64,000 bases of DNA from an uncultured Ruminococcus sp. (GTDB lineage Bacteria > Bacillota > Clostridia > Oscillospirales > CAG-272), in contig CACYWW010000001.1 of the NCBI GenBank assembly GCA_902778145.1, positions 28,700 through 92,699 of the forward strand, in the 5' to 3' direction. The notes under the pieces are model-generated. The model was not told the DNA's origin and searched no databases. It worked only from the letters and a program-made list of their open reading frames with translations. Position numbers and translations under genes: made by a program. Position 1 is the first letter of the stretch, and every line of letters begins with the position of its first letter. Shown here piece after piece: positions 40,047-49,727 of this stretch.

Positions 40047-41150
40047 TCAGTGAGGAAGGTATGCAAAGTTAATCCTTGCCCTATCGATCAGTTCTGCAGG
40101 AACAGTAATGCCTTTACCCTTATAACTTTCGAGCATAGAGTAAGCCTCTGCAGAACCGACTTCCGAAAGGGCCTTGCATCGCCCAGATTCTCCGATTTGC
40201 TTATAAAACCTGGTCGTCTTATTCGGGACAAACGGGAATGACAACACTGAACGGCCGAACAGAGAGCCTACAATGCCAGCGTGCAGTTTAGTAGTTACAA
40301 TTATATCCGCGCATTCTAGTTGCCTTGTAAACACCCAAGGGTCATCAAACTTCAGAATCTCTGGAAGATATCCCTCGAACATGTCGGCAAATTCGCCATA
40401 AACCTCGTTTGAACAAACACCATCAGCAGCGAGATAGAGTTGATAATCCGGATTATTATCTAGAAACCTCTTGACTGCTGGGATGATGATCTCTCTCATC
40501 TTTTCTTTAACGTCGTTCTGCGGATCTATGTGGAAGAGAAGCATCTTTCTTCCCAGGGGAATTACAAAGGGCTTGACATTGCTCTTTTCAGACTCCATGT
40601 ATTCCTTCAATAATAGCGCAGTATCAGCAGTAACTTCGATATCCCTTTTAATACCGTACTCCCTGCAGAAATGCTTTGATTCCTCGTTACGAACGGTCAA
40701 CACCTTTGCATATTCCAAAATCTTCTTGGATTTTCTGCTGAAAGCTGCTTTGGTAAAGGGCCCTGCGCCGACCCCGAGAATATAGATAGGCTTTCCTGCG
40801 TTCAAAAAATAATAGGCAGGAGCAAGATATCTCTGGATACGACGAAACTCTGCGAACGGCCTTTTCCTAAGCGGTTCAATAAAATATCCGCCAGAAATCA
40901 TAACAAGCGCATCGCATTTTTCCATAACCTTCTTATAATGCGTTCTGTCTGGAATATAATCAAGATATTTTGCAAAATAATCACTAACTCCGTACTTTGG
41001 ATGCGCATAATATTCCACTTCGGCTCCGAACTTTTTTATGGCGTTTCCGAACAGTTCAGCAAATAGATAATCTCCGTAGTTGCTCATATTGATTGCGCCA
41101 TGAAGCATTACTCTCATATTATCGTTTCTCCTATTTTGGGGGCAGTACAT
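40047..41150 (-). CDS. Polysaccharide pyruvyl transferase
   Basis: NYGDYL; GVGAGP; TVRNEES; TADTA; KLHAGI. Start may be MRVMLH. Confidence 0.88.
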   Translation of the reverse strand: MYCPQNRRNDNMRVMLHGAINMSNYGDYLFAELFGNAIKKFGAEVEYYAHPKYGVSDYFAKYLDYIPDRTHYKKVMEKCDALVMISGGYFIEPLRKRPFAEFRRIQRYLAPAYYFLNAGKPIYILGVGAGPFTKAAFSRKSKKILEYAKVLTVRNEESKHFCREYGIKRDIEVTADTALLLKEYMESEKSNVKPFVIPLGRKMLLFHIDPQNDVKEKMREIIIPAVKRFLDNNPDYQLYLAADGVCSNEVYGEFADMFEGYLPEILKFDDPWVFTRQLECADIIVTTKLHAGIVGSLFGRSVLSFPFVPNKTTRFYKQIGESGRCKALSEVGSAEAYSMLESYKGKGITVPAELIDRARINFAYLPH

Positions 41151-41171
41151 TCAAGCTTCCAACCGATAGCG

Positions 41172-42392
41172 TCAAATGTGATAAACTCCTGGTATCTTGC
41201 AGATATTATGGCAGTCAAGAATCACCTTTCCTACAAGTTTTCCCATGTTTTCTTTGATTTCGTTGTGCTTGACCATAATCACGACGAAATCGACATCGTT
41301 AAGGAACTTGTCCAAATCGTGATATTGATTCGACACGACTTCTTTTTCAATAAACGGATCGTAGACCTTTAACCCATTTGCAAGATGACGCTCCTGGCTC
41401 TCCAACAACTGCAGCGTAGGAGACTCTCGCATATCATCGACATTTTCTTTATAAGTAAGTCCGTACAGTCCGACACGCGTAATATCAGTCATGCCCTTTT
41501 CTTTCATAATCTCGTAGATACGGTTGAGCACGAAATCGGGCATGCCGTCATTGGTTTTCATCGACTCGTCAATAACCTTTGCAAGCGACGGATAATCACC
41601 GACAAGGAACCAAGGATCAACAGAAATACAGTGCCCGCCCACTCCGGGACCTGGCTGAAGGATATTTACACGTGGGTGCATATTGCAGATCTTGATGATC
41701 TCATACACATCCATATTATCGTGCCGGCAAATCTTAGCAAGTTCGTTAGCAAACGCGATATTCACAGCGCGGAAAGTGTTCTCAACAACCTTCGTCATCT
41801 CTGCGGTCTTGATGTCGGTAACAATGATCTCTCCCTGACAGAAGGAAGCATAGAGATTCTTCACTTTCTCTCCGATTTCCTTGTCATCGGCGCCAATCGT
41901 GCGATTGTTGTGCAGAAGTTCGTACACCATATTGCCTGGAATGATGCGCTCCGGTGCGTGAACAAGATTGATGTCCTCACCGATCTTGAAGCCGTTAGCT
42001 TCAATCACAGGGCGCACGAATTTCTCAATCGTACCGGGAGAAACGGTCGATTCAATAACAACAGTCGCACCTTTCGGGCATACTTTCATCACATCTTTGA
42101 CAGCAGCGACGACGTAGCAAGCGTCAACCTTTTTGCTGAACTTGTCATATGGCGTGGGTACGGAAACAATGTAGGTGTCCGTCACCTGATATTCGTCCGT
42201 GAACTTGATGCCAGCTTTAACAGCTTCTGTAAACAACTCGTCCAGACCTTTTTCTTTGAATGTGGTTTTGCCAGCGTTTAATGTAGCTACTAGTTCCCTA
42301 TTGTAGTCTGTTCCTATGACCTCCACTCCATGGGATGCCATCATAAGAGCAGTAGGCAAACCTATGTAACCCAGCCCAATAACGTTAATCAT
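41172..42392 (-). CDS. wecC: UDP-ManNAc dehydrogenase (WecC/CapO-like)
   Basis: GLGYIGLPT; PERIIPG; GVGGHCISVDP. Confidence 0.9.
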   Translation of the reverse strand: MINVIGLGYIGLPTALMMASHGVEVIGTDYNRELVATLNAGKTTFKEKGLDELFTEAVKAGIKFTDEYQVTDTYIVSVPTPYDKFSKKVDACYVVAAVKDVMKVCPKGATVVIESTVSPGTIEKFVRPVIEANGFKIGEDINLVHAPERIIPGNMVYELLHNNRTIGADDKEIGEKVKNLYASFCQGEIIVTDIKTAEMTKVVENTFRAVNIAFANELAKICRHDNMDVYEIIKICNMHPRVNILQPGPGVGGHCISVDPWFLVGDYPSLAKVIDESMKTNDGMPDFVLNRIYEIMKEKGMTDITRVGLYGLTYKENVDDMRESPTLQLLESQERHLANGLKVYDPFIEKEVVSNQYHDLDKFLNDVDFVVIMVKHNEIKENMGKLVGKVILDCHNICKIPGVYHI

Positions 42393-43482
42393 TCTTCAAA
42401 CCCTCCATATAATCAGTAAGCCGCTTCTGAAATAAAGCTTTGCTTTTTTCAATTTCATTATCGATAAAATTGGCGCAAATACTTTGTGCCCTCTCAAGAT
42501 TGTATTGTTGATACCATTCATATAGTTTTTCCAAGTCGTGTTTTATTCCTTCGCTCCCATGAATAGTATATCCTATTCCACATTGACAGGCGATATCGTC
42601 AGTGCAGGTTCCTGCATAGGTCAATATGGGTATTCCAAGGAAAATGGCATAATAAAGCTTAATAGAAAGAGCTGAGTCGAGATGAATATTTCCATAACCA
42701 TACAAATTGTATAGAATATCAGCCTCTTTTAAATATTCTGCCGTTTTCTCTTGTGGAAACTTACCGCGGACTCGTATATTGTTGTAATTTCTTTCTTTAG
42801 CATATTCTTCAACCTTTTCTGAACCTATTCCATAGAATAGCAATTCAAATCGTGAATCATTGCCCAATATATCAAGAAACTGAAATGTATTCTCTAACCA
42901 ACCGATTTGGCCAATATACTCTATTCTGATAGGGCGATTAATTGCCTTTGACTTTGGTTTTTCAAGCTGTGAAAGAATAGAATCATTCATGCTATGAAGG
43001 AAAATATACTCATGTTTCGGAAGATAATCAATAAATCTTTTCGAAGAAACTGTAGCAAACGCACATTTTTTAATAGTTTTTTTTAACTCTGAACGTACAA
43101 AAGGTTTATCAAGGTAAAAATAATCACGAATGTTAATTGTATATTTCCCAGAAAAGAAACGCCTTAGCATACCTCCATAAATAAAGGTTGTAACCTCATT
43201 CCAAACAACGATAAGATCATATTTGCCATTATCGAGAATAGAGCGTATCTTTTTTCGTTGCTTATAGAACAAGAATGATTTTTTTAAGCTACTTCCCTCA
43301 GAACCACATTCTATCCGAATAGGGATAAGATGTGAATCGTATGGAGGCTCATATTCGTGAAACTTATCATAAAAAATAATATCATAGTCAATTCCGTGTT
43401 TTCTGAAGTAATCAGTATAAGCAGATGTCATTGACAACCTCGAACGGTCTACAATCGTCAAAATACACGCTTTCATATTCAA
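42385..43482 (-). CDS. Putative glycosyltransferase
   Basis: GT-B-like C-terminus (ADILYNLYG..KLYYAIFLGIPIL); locus context. Confidence 0.7.
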   Translation of the reverse strand: MNMKACILTIVDRSRLSMTSAYTDYFRKHGIDYDIIFYDKFHEYEPPYDSHLIPIRIECGSEGSSLKKSFLFYKQRKKIRSILDNGKYDLIVVWNEVTTFIYGGMLRRFFSGKYTINIRDYFYLDKPFVRSELKKTIKKCAFATVSSKRFIDYLPKHEYIFLHSMNDSILSQLEKPKSKAINRPIRIEYIGQIGWLENTFQFLDILGNDSRFELLFYGIGSEKVEEYAKERNYNNIRVRGKFPQEKTAEYLKEADILYNLYGYGNIHLDSALSIKLYYAIFLGIPILTYAGTCTDDIACQCGIGYTIHGSEGIKHDLEKLYEWYQQYNLERAQSICANFIDNEIEKSKALFQKRLTDYMEGLKND

Positions 43483-43505
43483 ACTCCTATAAATCAGAAT
43501 TGAAA

Positions 43506-44360
43506 CTACAGTTTATAATGTGGATATAGACTCTTGTGTTCCATAATCCAATCTGATAATTCTGCAACCATTTTTTCATAATTGGGTATTTTGTAACTAA
43601 AATCCCATCTAGTTCGTTTTAATGACTTATCTGCAGCCATTCTATCAACTGGAATAATTGACACTTTTTCCCTTCTAATGTACCGATTGAATAATCCTAA
43701 CAAATCACACTTGGAAATACTGGAATCCGGCACCATATTAAACAGACCATGTGCCCTTTCTTTTGCAGCTGCTTCCATTGTTTTGGCAAGTTGGAGAGTT
43801 GTCTGCCCAGTCCACATTGCTCCAGTAAAACCATTTACTTCGCCGTGTTGCTGCAAGAACCAATTAAGAAGTCCAATTCCTTTGGGATTTATATCAGGTC
43901 CCACTATTGACTGTCGCAAAGTGAGATCCTTTTCATTGATTATTTCCCCCAAAGCCTTTGTACGATCATAGAATGTTGAGCCATCTTTAAAATCATCTTC
44001 AGTGTATTGGCCTTTTTTCCCGCTAAACACACAGTCAGTACTCATATGAATTATCTGAGTATGCGTGCCTTCTGTAAGTAGTGCTAACTGATGCGGAAAA
44101 AAAGAATTAAGATAAACAGCAGTTGATTTATGTTCCTCGCATGTCTGGTTTAGAAGTCCAATACAGTTGATTACTGAATCAAACTTATCAACCCCGATAA
44201 GTTCTTTCATAAATTCGGCATCCTGCGCATCACCGGCTACAGAATCAACAAGGTTTGATAGTTGTCTATCAAAGCCTATCACGTTATGACCTTGCTCTTT
44301 TAAGTAAAGGCTAATCATATGTCCGGCCATACCGTTGCAACCGAGAATTAAAAACTTCAT
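43506..44360 (-). CDS. RmlD-like NDP-sugar 4-reductase
   Basis: GCNGMAG; HMSTDCVFSG; YDRTK. Confidence 0.85.
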   Translation of the reverse strand: MKFLILGCNGMAGHMISLYLKEQGHNVIGFDRQLSNLVDSVAGDAQDAEFMKELIGVDKFDSVINCIGLLNQTCEEHKSTAVYLNSFFPHQLALLTEGTHTQIIHMSTDCVFSGKKGQYTEDDFKDGSTFYDRTKALGEIINEKDLTLRQSIVGPDINPKGIGLLNWFLQQHGEVNGFTGAMWTGQTTLQLAKTMEAAAKERAHGLFNMVPDSSISKCDLLGLFNRYIRREKVSIIPVDRMAADKSLKRTRWDFSYKIPNYEKMVAELSDWIMEHKSLYPHYKL

Positions 44361-45397
44361 TTCTCTTCCTTTCTCAACTCATCCTGAACATATCGAGTTG
44401 TCATAATTTTTTGAACCGTTCCATCCACATCCAGTTGATTGGTGTTGCTACTGGTGTATTCAAAATCGGCTTGCGATTTAACATTCCCATTAACGAGGAA
44501 CTTGTCATAATTTAAATCGCGGCTGTCAGCACTTATCCGATAGTACTGTCCCATATCCTCAGACCTGAGCATTTCTTCTCTGGTAACAAGAGTCTCATAA
44601 AGCTTTTCGCCATGGCGCGGACCAATAATACGGGTCTCGGTTTTTCCAAAAACCTTCTGAACAGCTTCAGCCAGAACGCCTATCGTGCTTGCATCCGCTT
44701 TCTGCACAAACAAATCGCCAGGGTTTGCATGCTGGAAAGCGAACATAACCAAGGCTACTGCTTCATCAAGGTTCATAAGGAAGCGGGTCATATTGGGATC
44801 AGTGATAGTAATTGGTCTTCCACTCTTTATCTGCTGAATGAAAAGAGGTATAACGGAGCCTCTACTACACATAACATTCCCATATCTCGTACAGGTCAGG
44901 GTAGTTCCATGATCTGCTGCATATTTAGCCTTCGAGTAAACCACTCTCTCAGCCATAGCCTTACTAATACCCATAGCGTTGATTGGATAAGCTGCCTTAT
45001 CTGTGGAAAGAAGGACTACAGACTTAACATGATTGTCTACTGCTGTCTGGACAACATTATCTGTACCAACCACGTTAGTTCTAACAGCCTCCATCGGGAA
45101 GAATTCGCAAGAAGGGACTTCTTTAAGAGCCGCTGCATGGAATACATAATCCACGCCTTGCATAGCGATATTGAGCGAATCACGATCCCGAACATTGCCG
45201 ATATAGAATTTTACCTTGTCATATGCTTCAGGATAATTGGCCTGAAGCTCATGGCGCATATCGTCCTGCTTCTTTTCGTCTCTTGAAAAGATACGGATTT
45301 CTGCAATATCCGAACTCAAAAAATGGTTTAACACAGTATTTCCGAAAGAGCCTGTACCACCAGTGATCATCAACACTTTATCTTTAAAAACGCTCAT
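44357..45397 (-). CDS. UDP-GlcNAc 4,6-dehydratase/5-epimerase (FnlA/CapE/WbjB)
   Basis: TGGTGSFG; FSRDEKKQDDMR; LSTDKAAYPINAMG; RYGNVMCSRGSV. Confidence 0.92.
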   Translation of the reverse strand: MSVFKDKVLMITGGTGSFGNTVLNHFLSSDIAEIRIFSRDEKKQDDMRHELQANYPEAYDKVKFYIGNVRDRDSLNIAMQGVDYVFHAAALKEVPSCEFFPMEAVRTNVVGTDNVVQTAVDNHVKSVVLLSTDKAAYPINAMGISKAMAERVVYSKAKYAADHGTTLTCTRYGNVMCSRGSVIPLFIQQIKSGRPITITDPNMTRFLMNLDEAVALVMFAFQHANPGDLFVQKADASTIGVLAEAVQKVFGKTETRIIGPRHGEKLYETLVTREEMLRSEDMGQYYRISADSRDLNYDKFLVNGNVKSQADFEYTSSNTNQLDVDGTVQKIMTTRYVQDELRKEEK

Positions 45398-46596
45398 CTT
45401 TTATAATTCCATCCCTTCTGGAGTTGTTCAAGCATGTCGAGCAGCCTGCTGTTGTTTTTTTCCTTTGAGTAAACTCTGTTCGTGAACTCAATCACATCTT
45501 TCTGATAATCCTTCAAGCAACTCTTATCTTTTGAGATCTCATTGATAATAGGAACTGCATCCAGGATTTCATCTTGAGAGAATGAATATCCGATATGATT
45601 ATCCTTGAAAAGCTGATAATATCCTGACTTCTCAACAATATTCATCACAGGCTTGCCAACTGCCATGGCAAGCGCCATCTTGCTCGGTACGTTGTTGCCA
45701 ATAACACCGTGATGCAGAGGAATAATCTCCATATCGCAGTAGCTGTACACTTCGCTCATGCGCTCCTGTGGCTGCCAGCCATAGAATTTGATGTTTGAGC
45801 CTTGTGTTCTTCTCTTCAGTTCTTCTATCTTGACTCCCTGACCGACAATGTGGAATTCAACATGCTTGTTGTCTTTCAGGGCATTAACAAGCTCTACAAA
45901 CTCATCAAGCCCAAATACTTGTCCGACATTCCCCGCGTATTGAATGATCAGCTTTGAAGTATCAATATCAAATTCCTTGACGAAAGTATTATCCTCTGGA
46001 GCTATATACCGGATACTATCCGAGTCATACCATGTGTTCACAATGAAGATCTTGTTCGGGTCTGTTTTCTCCCTAATTAAGACATCCCTCATGTCATCGG
46101 AAACAACCACAACACGATCTGCCAGCTTAAAACCAATTCGCTGTATGCGCTTTAGAATCTTGTCCAGGAATTTGTTCTTCACAATTCCAAGCTCAAAAGC
46201 AGAACCGGGGAATACATCGTGGATGTTGTAAACGATGGGCTTTCCAAGTCTTTTAAGTCTACGGATTGTAAAGGATACGGTCGGTACAGATTGAACGAAA
46301 AATAAGTCAACGTCCAAGTCCTTTGCAAGCTTCGTAGCTCCTCTAACAAAACTAAGTCCGTACAGATATCTACCTATGAAATTTGTTTTCTGGGTAGGTT
46401 TTAGTTCTACGGTATGGCACTTGAAATTCGGCTTTTCTAGTTGCGGGGGATAATCCGCATTATCCCGAACGGAGACAGCCTCAATCAAATCGACCGAATG
46501 CCCACGTTCCAGCATCTTCTCTATAGTCGCACATAGCAAATGGTTAGACCCATTATTACTTGCGAACCCATTTTCATAAACGAAACCTATCTTCAT
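45394..46596 (-). CDS. Glycosyltransferase family 4 (WbuB/CapL-like)
   Basis: NIHDVFP; YAGNVGQVFG; VPSKMALAMAVGKPV. Confidence 0.85.
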   Translation of the reverse strand: MKIGFVYENGFASNNGSNHLLCATIEKMLERGHSVDLIEAVSVRDNADYPPQLEKPNFKCHTVELKPTQKTNFIGRYLYGLSFVRGATKLAKDLDVDLFFVQSVPTVSFTIRRLKRLGKPIVYNIHDVFPGSAFELGIVKNKFLDKILKRIQRIGFKLADRVVVVSDDMRDVLIREKTDPNKIFIVNTWYDSDSIRYIAPEDNTFVKEFDIDTSKLIIQYAGNVGQVFGLDEFVELVNALKDNKHVEFHIVGQGVKIEELKRRTQGSNIKFYGWQPQERMSEVYSYCDMEIIPLHHGVIGNNVPSKMALAMAVGKPVMNIVEKSGYYQLFKDNHIGYSFSQDEILDAVPIINEISKDKSCLKDYQKDVIEFTNRVYSKEKNNSRLLDMLEQLQKGWNYKR

Positions 46597-47528
46597 TTAT
46601 TATTCCCCTTCGTGGACATATATTGTTTAACTTCTTCCACGATACCTTCTTTGAATGTCATTGGATTGTAACCAAATGCTTCAGCTGCCTCTTCATGTGT
46701 GAATACTCTCGGTTCGCAGAGACGCTGCACTTTTTCTCTATAGTCAACCTTTTTCAAACTCAGGAGATAAATCAGCCATGCGCCGCCATAAGCTATGGGG
46801 AATGGGCAACTAATGAACTTAACCTTCTTGCCAAGATTCTTTCCAATTTCGGTAAGCATGTCCCGAAGCAGGATAGGTTCTCCGCCAGAAAGGTTAAAAT
46901 CTCTGTTGGCGGTCGCATTCTCGTTCATAAGCACTGCAAAATATGCATCACCTAAATCCCTGTAGTGAACCGGCTGAAGCTCATATTTAGCGCCGTTGAC
47001 CACAGGCATGATAGGGAATTTATCAACCATCTTTACAAACTGAATAACATTGTTGTCGTAGATGTTTCCATAAATCATTGTTGGACGGCAGATGGTCAGG
47101 ACAATTCCGTTCTTTTTGCAAGTGTCATAAACAAAGGCATCAATCTGACGATACTCTTCGCCAGCTTCCTTGTACTTTGAGTAAATTCCTGTGGTATGAA
47201 TCAGAATGAGCCTCCGAACCTTGCAAAAGGCAGCCGCCTCAACGACTTCGTGCGACCAATGTATTCCCGCAAGGTGTAAAACCGTATCGGCATTCCTAAA
47301 GGCGTCTTTCAGAAAACTTACGTCAGTAAGCTCTCCTCTGCATATTTCAATTCCCGGAATATTTTTTTTTAAATAGGATGTATTAGATGTCTCCCTTGCA
47401 ATTGCTCTTATTCCATCTGGAAAGAGTTCTTTCACATCACTTATATGTTTTGCTATATTCTCAGCCAATACGCCACCGGACTTTTTGCCTGTCACACCTG
47501 TCAGCGCAAGGATTTTTCCCATTTTCAA
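46593..47528 (-). CDS. NAD-dependent epimerase/dehydratase
   Basis: Rossmann-like N-terminus; RPTMIYG; LQPVHYRDL. Confidence 0.8.
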   Translation of the reverse strand: MKMGKILALTGVTGKKSGGVLAENIAKHISDVKELFPDGIRAIARETSNTSYLKKNIPGIEICRGELTDVSFLKDAFRNADTVLHLAGIHWSHEVVEAAAFCKVRRLILIHTTGIYSKYKEAGEEYRQIDAFVYDTCKKNGIVLTICRPTMIYGNIYDNNVIQFVKMVDKFPIMPVVNGAKYELQPVHYRDLGDAYFAVLMNENATANRDFNLSGGEPILLRDMLTEIGKNLGKKVKFISCPFPIAYGGAWLIYLLSLKKVDYREKVQRLCEPRVFTHEEAAEAFGYNPMTFKEGIVEEVKQYMSTKGNNK

Positions 47529-47532
47529 TTCC

Positions 47533-48162
47533 TCATTTTTGTTGATAGTTGTGAGAGGACGCTATTTGCTCTTTATTCCCTGTTCCGCCTTCAACAACGC
47601 CATCATGTTTCAAAACACTCTTTATTGTTCCAAAGAAACACTTGCAGTCAAAGAGAAAACTCTGTTTCTCAACATACTCCCCGTCTAATTTGGCCTTAAT
47701 GGGAATCTCAAGTTCATCGCGCCCATTTATTTGAGCCCAGCCAGTGAGACCGGGTTTGATATCGTTTGCACCGTATTTATCGCGCTCAGCAACGAGGTCA
47801 TATTGGTTCCACAAAGCAGGGCGAGGCCCAATCACGCTCATCTGTCCGGCAGCGATATTAAACAGTTGGGGTAGCTCGTCCAGGCTTGCCCTACGTTCCA
47901 GCCTCTGCCATTTGGTAAGCATATCCTCCGCCTTAAACTGATGTGTCGGCGTGTCGTGCGGCACATTAACAGGCATTGATCGAAATTTGATAATCATGAA
48001 CTCTTTTTTATGTATGCCGATTCTGCGCTGTTTGAAAAACACCGGACCGGGAGAGTCGATCTTGATGATGATCGCAATGATCAGCATAGGAATTGCAAGG
48101 ACGATAATTCCTAAGATGGATAGCACAAGATCAAGCAGTCGTTTGATAAAATGCCTGTACAT
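47533..48162 (-). CDS. Priming phosphoglycosyl transferase (PglC/CapM-like), intact
   Basis: KRLLD..GPVFFKQ.R.G..KFRSM..SLDELPQLFN..GPRP..KPGLTGWAQING. Confidence 0.93.
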   Translation of the reverse strand: MYRHFIKRLLDLVLSILGIIVLAIPMLIIAIIIKIDSPGPVFFKQRRIGIHKKEFMIIKFRSMPVNVPHDTPTHQFKAEDMLTKWQRLERRASLDELPQLFNIAAGQMSVIGPRPALWNQYDLVAERDKYGANDIKPGLTGWAQINGRDELEIPIKAKLDGEYVEKQSFLFDCKCFFGTIKSVLKHDGVVEGGTGNKEQIASSHNYQQK

Positions 48163-48165
48163 TAA

Positions 48166-48786
48166 TTAGCCCTCAACATTCCCATCAGTAGTGATTTCAA
48201 TGCGTTCTCCCACAAATACTGTCTCGCCATTATGAGTTCCGAGTGTAAAACTATATCCATATTTTCGCACAACTTCGTTTGGCTCTGTCTTTGTGAATGA
48301 CGGAACCGCTGCGCTGGGCATTACAACCGTGCCGCATTGAATATTGCAATAATCTGCGACAAAAGAGTGGTGATCGATTACCGAATTTGCCATCACAAAG
48401 GTTCCTTCCCCAACGTGAGCACGAGGATTAACTGCTGCCAACGGAGCGACGACGACTCCTCTTCCTAACTGAGCCGTATTGCTGAGATATGCGCGCTTTG
48501 ATACGATTCCTGGAACGTTGTAGTTGACGTACATGAGTTTCTTAGTCCACTCCATACGCACATCCGGATCGCCTATTGCAACGATTGCATATTTGTAGTC
48601 CATTATAAACTTTTCATAGTCCTCAAGTTTACCGATAGACTGCTCGTGAAAATTGCCTTCAAATTCCCCGCTGCCAAACGTGTCATCAAGGAAATCGATC
48701 TTCCCGAACGCTCCCATTTCTTCTGCAATCTCTTTGACTACAGTGCCGAACATTCCGGCACCAAGGATCAGTAAGTTATTGTTCAT
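48166..48786 (-). CDS. PglD/NeuD-like sugar acetyltransferase
   Basis: LILGAG..FLDD..IVAIG; hexapeptide repeats; RBS AGGAG before MNNNLL. Confidence 0.8.
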   Translation of the reverse strand: MNNNLLILGAGMFGTVVKEIAEEMGAFGKIDFLDDTFGSGEFEGNFHEQSIGKLEDYEKFIMDYKYAIVAIGDPDVRMEWTKKLMYVNYNVPGIVSKRAYLSNTAQLGRGVVVAPLAAVNPRAHVGEGTFVMANSVIDHHSFVADYCNIQCGTVVMPSAAVPSFTKTEPNEVVRKYGYSFTLGTHNGETVFVGERIEITTDGNVEG

Positions 48787-48809
48787 TGCAAATCTCCTAT
48801 CTGTTGTTT

Positions 48810-49046
48810 TCAGAATAAGCTGACGGCTTCTTCGCCGATCCAAGATATGTCGTTAACTCTCTTGTTCTCTTCCAATTCGATAACAATGTGATCCGCCTTA
48901 GCTGTTATCTTTGAAATCAAATAATACTTATCGAACTCTGTGTTCGCCATTTCTGTTCCGTTTTCGAATTGAAGGTGTCGTCCTTCCAACAGCACTTCTA
49001 TCGGAGAACAAATGTTGCTGACTGATTGATCAATTCTGTACGCCAA
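48810..49046 (-). CDS. Small hypothetical protein (TTG start, ~78 aa)
   Basis: GGAGG precedes TTG at 49046; first gene of the cargo operon. Confidence 0.55.
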   Translation of the reverse strand: MAYRIDQSVSNICSPIEVLLEGRHLQFENGTEMANTEFDKYYLISKITAKADHIVIELEENKRVNDISWIGEEAVSLF

Positions 49047-49133
49047 TTTATATCCTCCATTCTCTTGCCTGAAGTGTTTTTTCTTTTGATTAAGACTCTT
49101 AAAAAATTTCACAAAGAATATTATAATTTTATA

Positions 49134-49162
49134 TTGACCATCTTCGTGTTATTTGGTATAAT
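49134..49162 (+). promoter_or_regulatory. Near-consensus SigA promoter facing the element end
   Basis: TTGACC-17-TATAAT with extended TG. Confidence 0.7.
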
Positions 49163-49167
49163 ATAGT

Positions 49168-49330
49168 ATGGTGGGCAGAATAGCGCCATATCATCCAGAA
49201 TGTTTTTTTATAAAATGTTGGCTTAAACCTTTTATGGCCTCAGCCAGCACTTTATTCTGCCGAAAGTTATTCATTGGAAGTTAGAATCCTTCTCTAAAAG
49301 CGATACCGGTTCACAGTCGGTATTCTTTTT
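49168..49330 (+). ncRNA. Candidate small RNA (or leaderless 38-aa ORF 49168-49284)
   Basis: Promoter upstream, nested stems, and terminator GATACCGG-7nt-TCGGTATT-CTTTTT at 49302-49330. Confidence 0.45.
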
Positions 49331-49364
49331 GAGGACTCTTATTCAGGCTTAAAAACATTTAAGC

Positions 49365-49727
49365 TCAAATAGCAGTTCTCAAAAATCCTTGTAAATACTG
49401 TGGTTTAAGTGTTGTCCCTATTATTACTCGCGCTAGGCTGGTTTTTCTCATTATCCTGCCGATCTTCGTGACTCGGGGATCGTTCGGTCCGTTATACGTG
49501 GATCCGTCCGCATTTCTGATATCGGGCGCGTTGACCTTCATGGAGCGGAATTTGTACATCTTGAACGTCTTGCCGTTTTTGCCGAGTCTCTGAGCGCTGT
49601 AAAAGACGGGGCCCCTGTCGGTCAGGTAAATGATCGGAGCAAGGACAATGAAAAACAAGCAAAAGAACGGCAGCCCGATCAGCCCAAAGACGATATCGAT
49701 CGACCTTTTAACAAATTTCCTGTACAT
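49365..49727 (-). pseudogene. Resident priming sugar transferase truncated by insertion
   Basis: 98 aa of PglC-like sequence ends at RKTSL. The expected DELPQ...GPRP...PG.TG half is replaced by 22 unrelated residues. Confidence 0.88.

Larger units (their letters stand above)
1..49433. mobile_element. Right-hand portion of a putative integrative (conjugative) element; left end lies outside the window
   Basis: Typical clostridial ICE backbone (parA/parB, spoVG, DarB-like helicase, TnpV, DUF3848, DUF3991-Toprim, sigma-like HTH). A sugar transferase gene is truncated at ~49433. No integrase in the window, so the boundary is inferred. Confidence 0.7.

Noticed and set aside
49365-49433. Simple frameshift explaining the truncated sugar transferase
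   Set aside because: No DELPQ/GPRP continuation is visible in any frame downstream; the sequence is unrelated and AT-rich.
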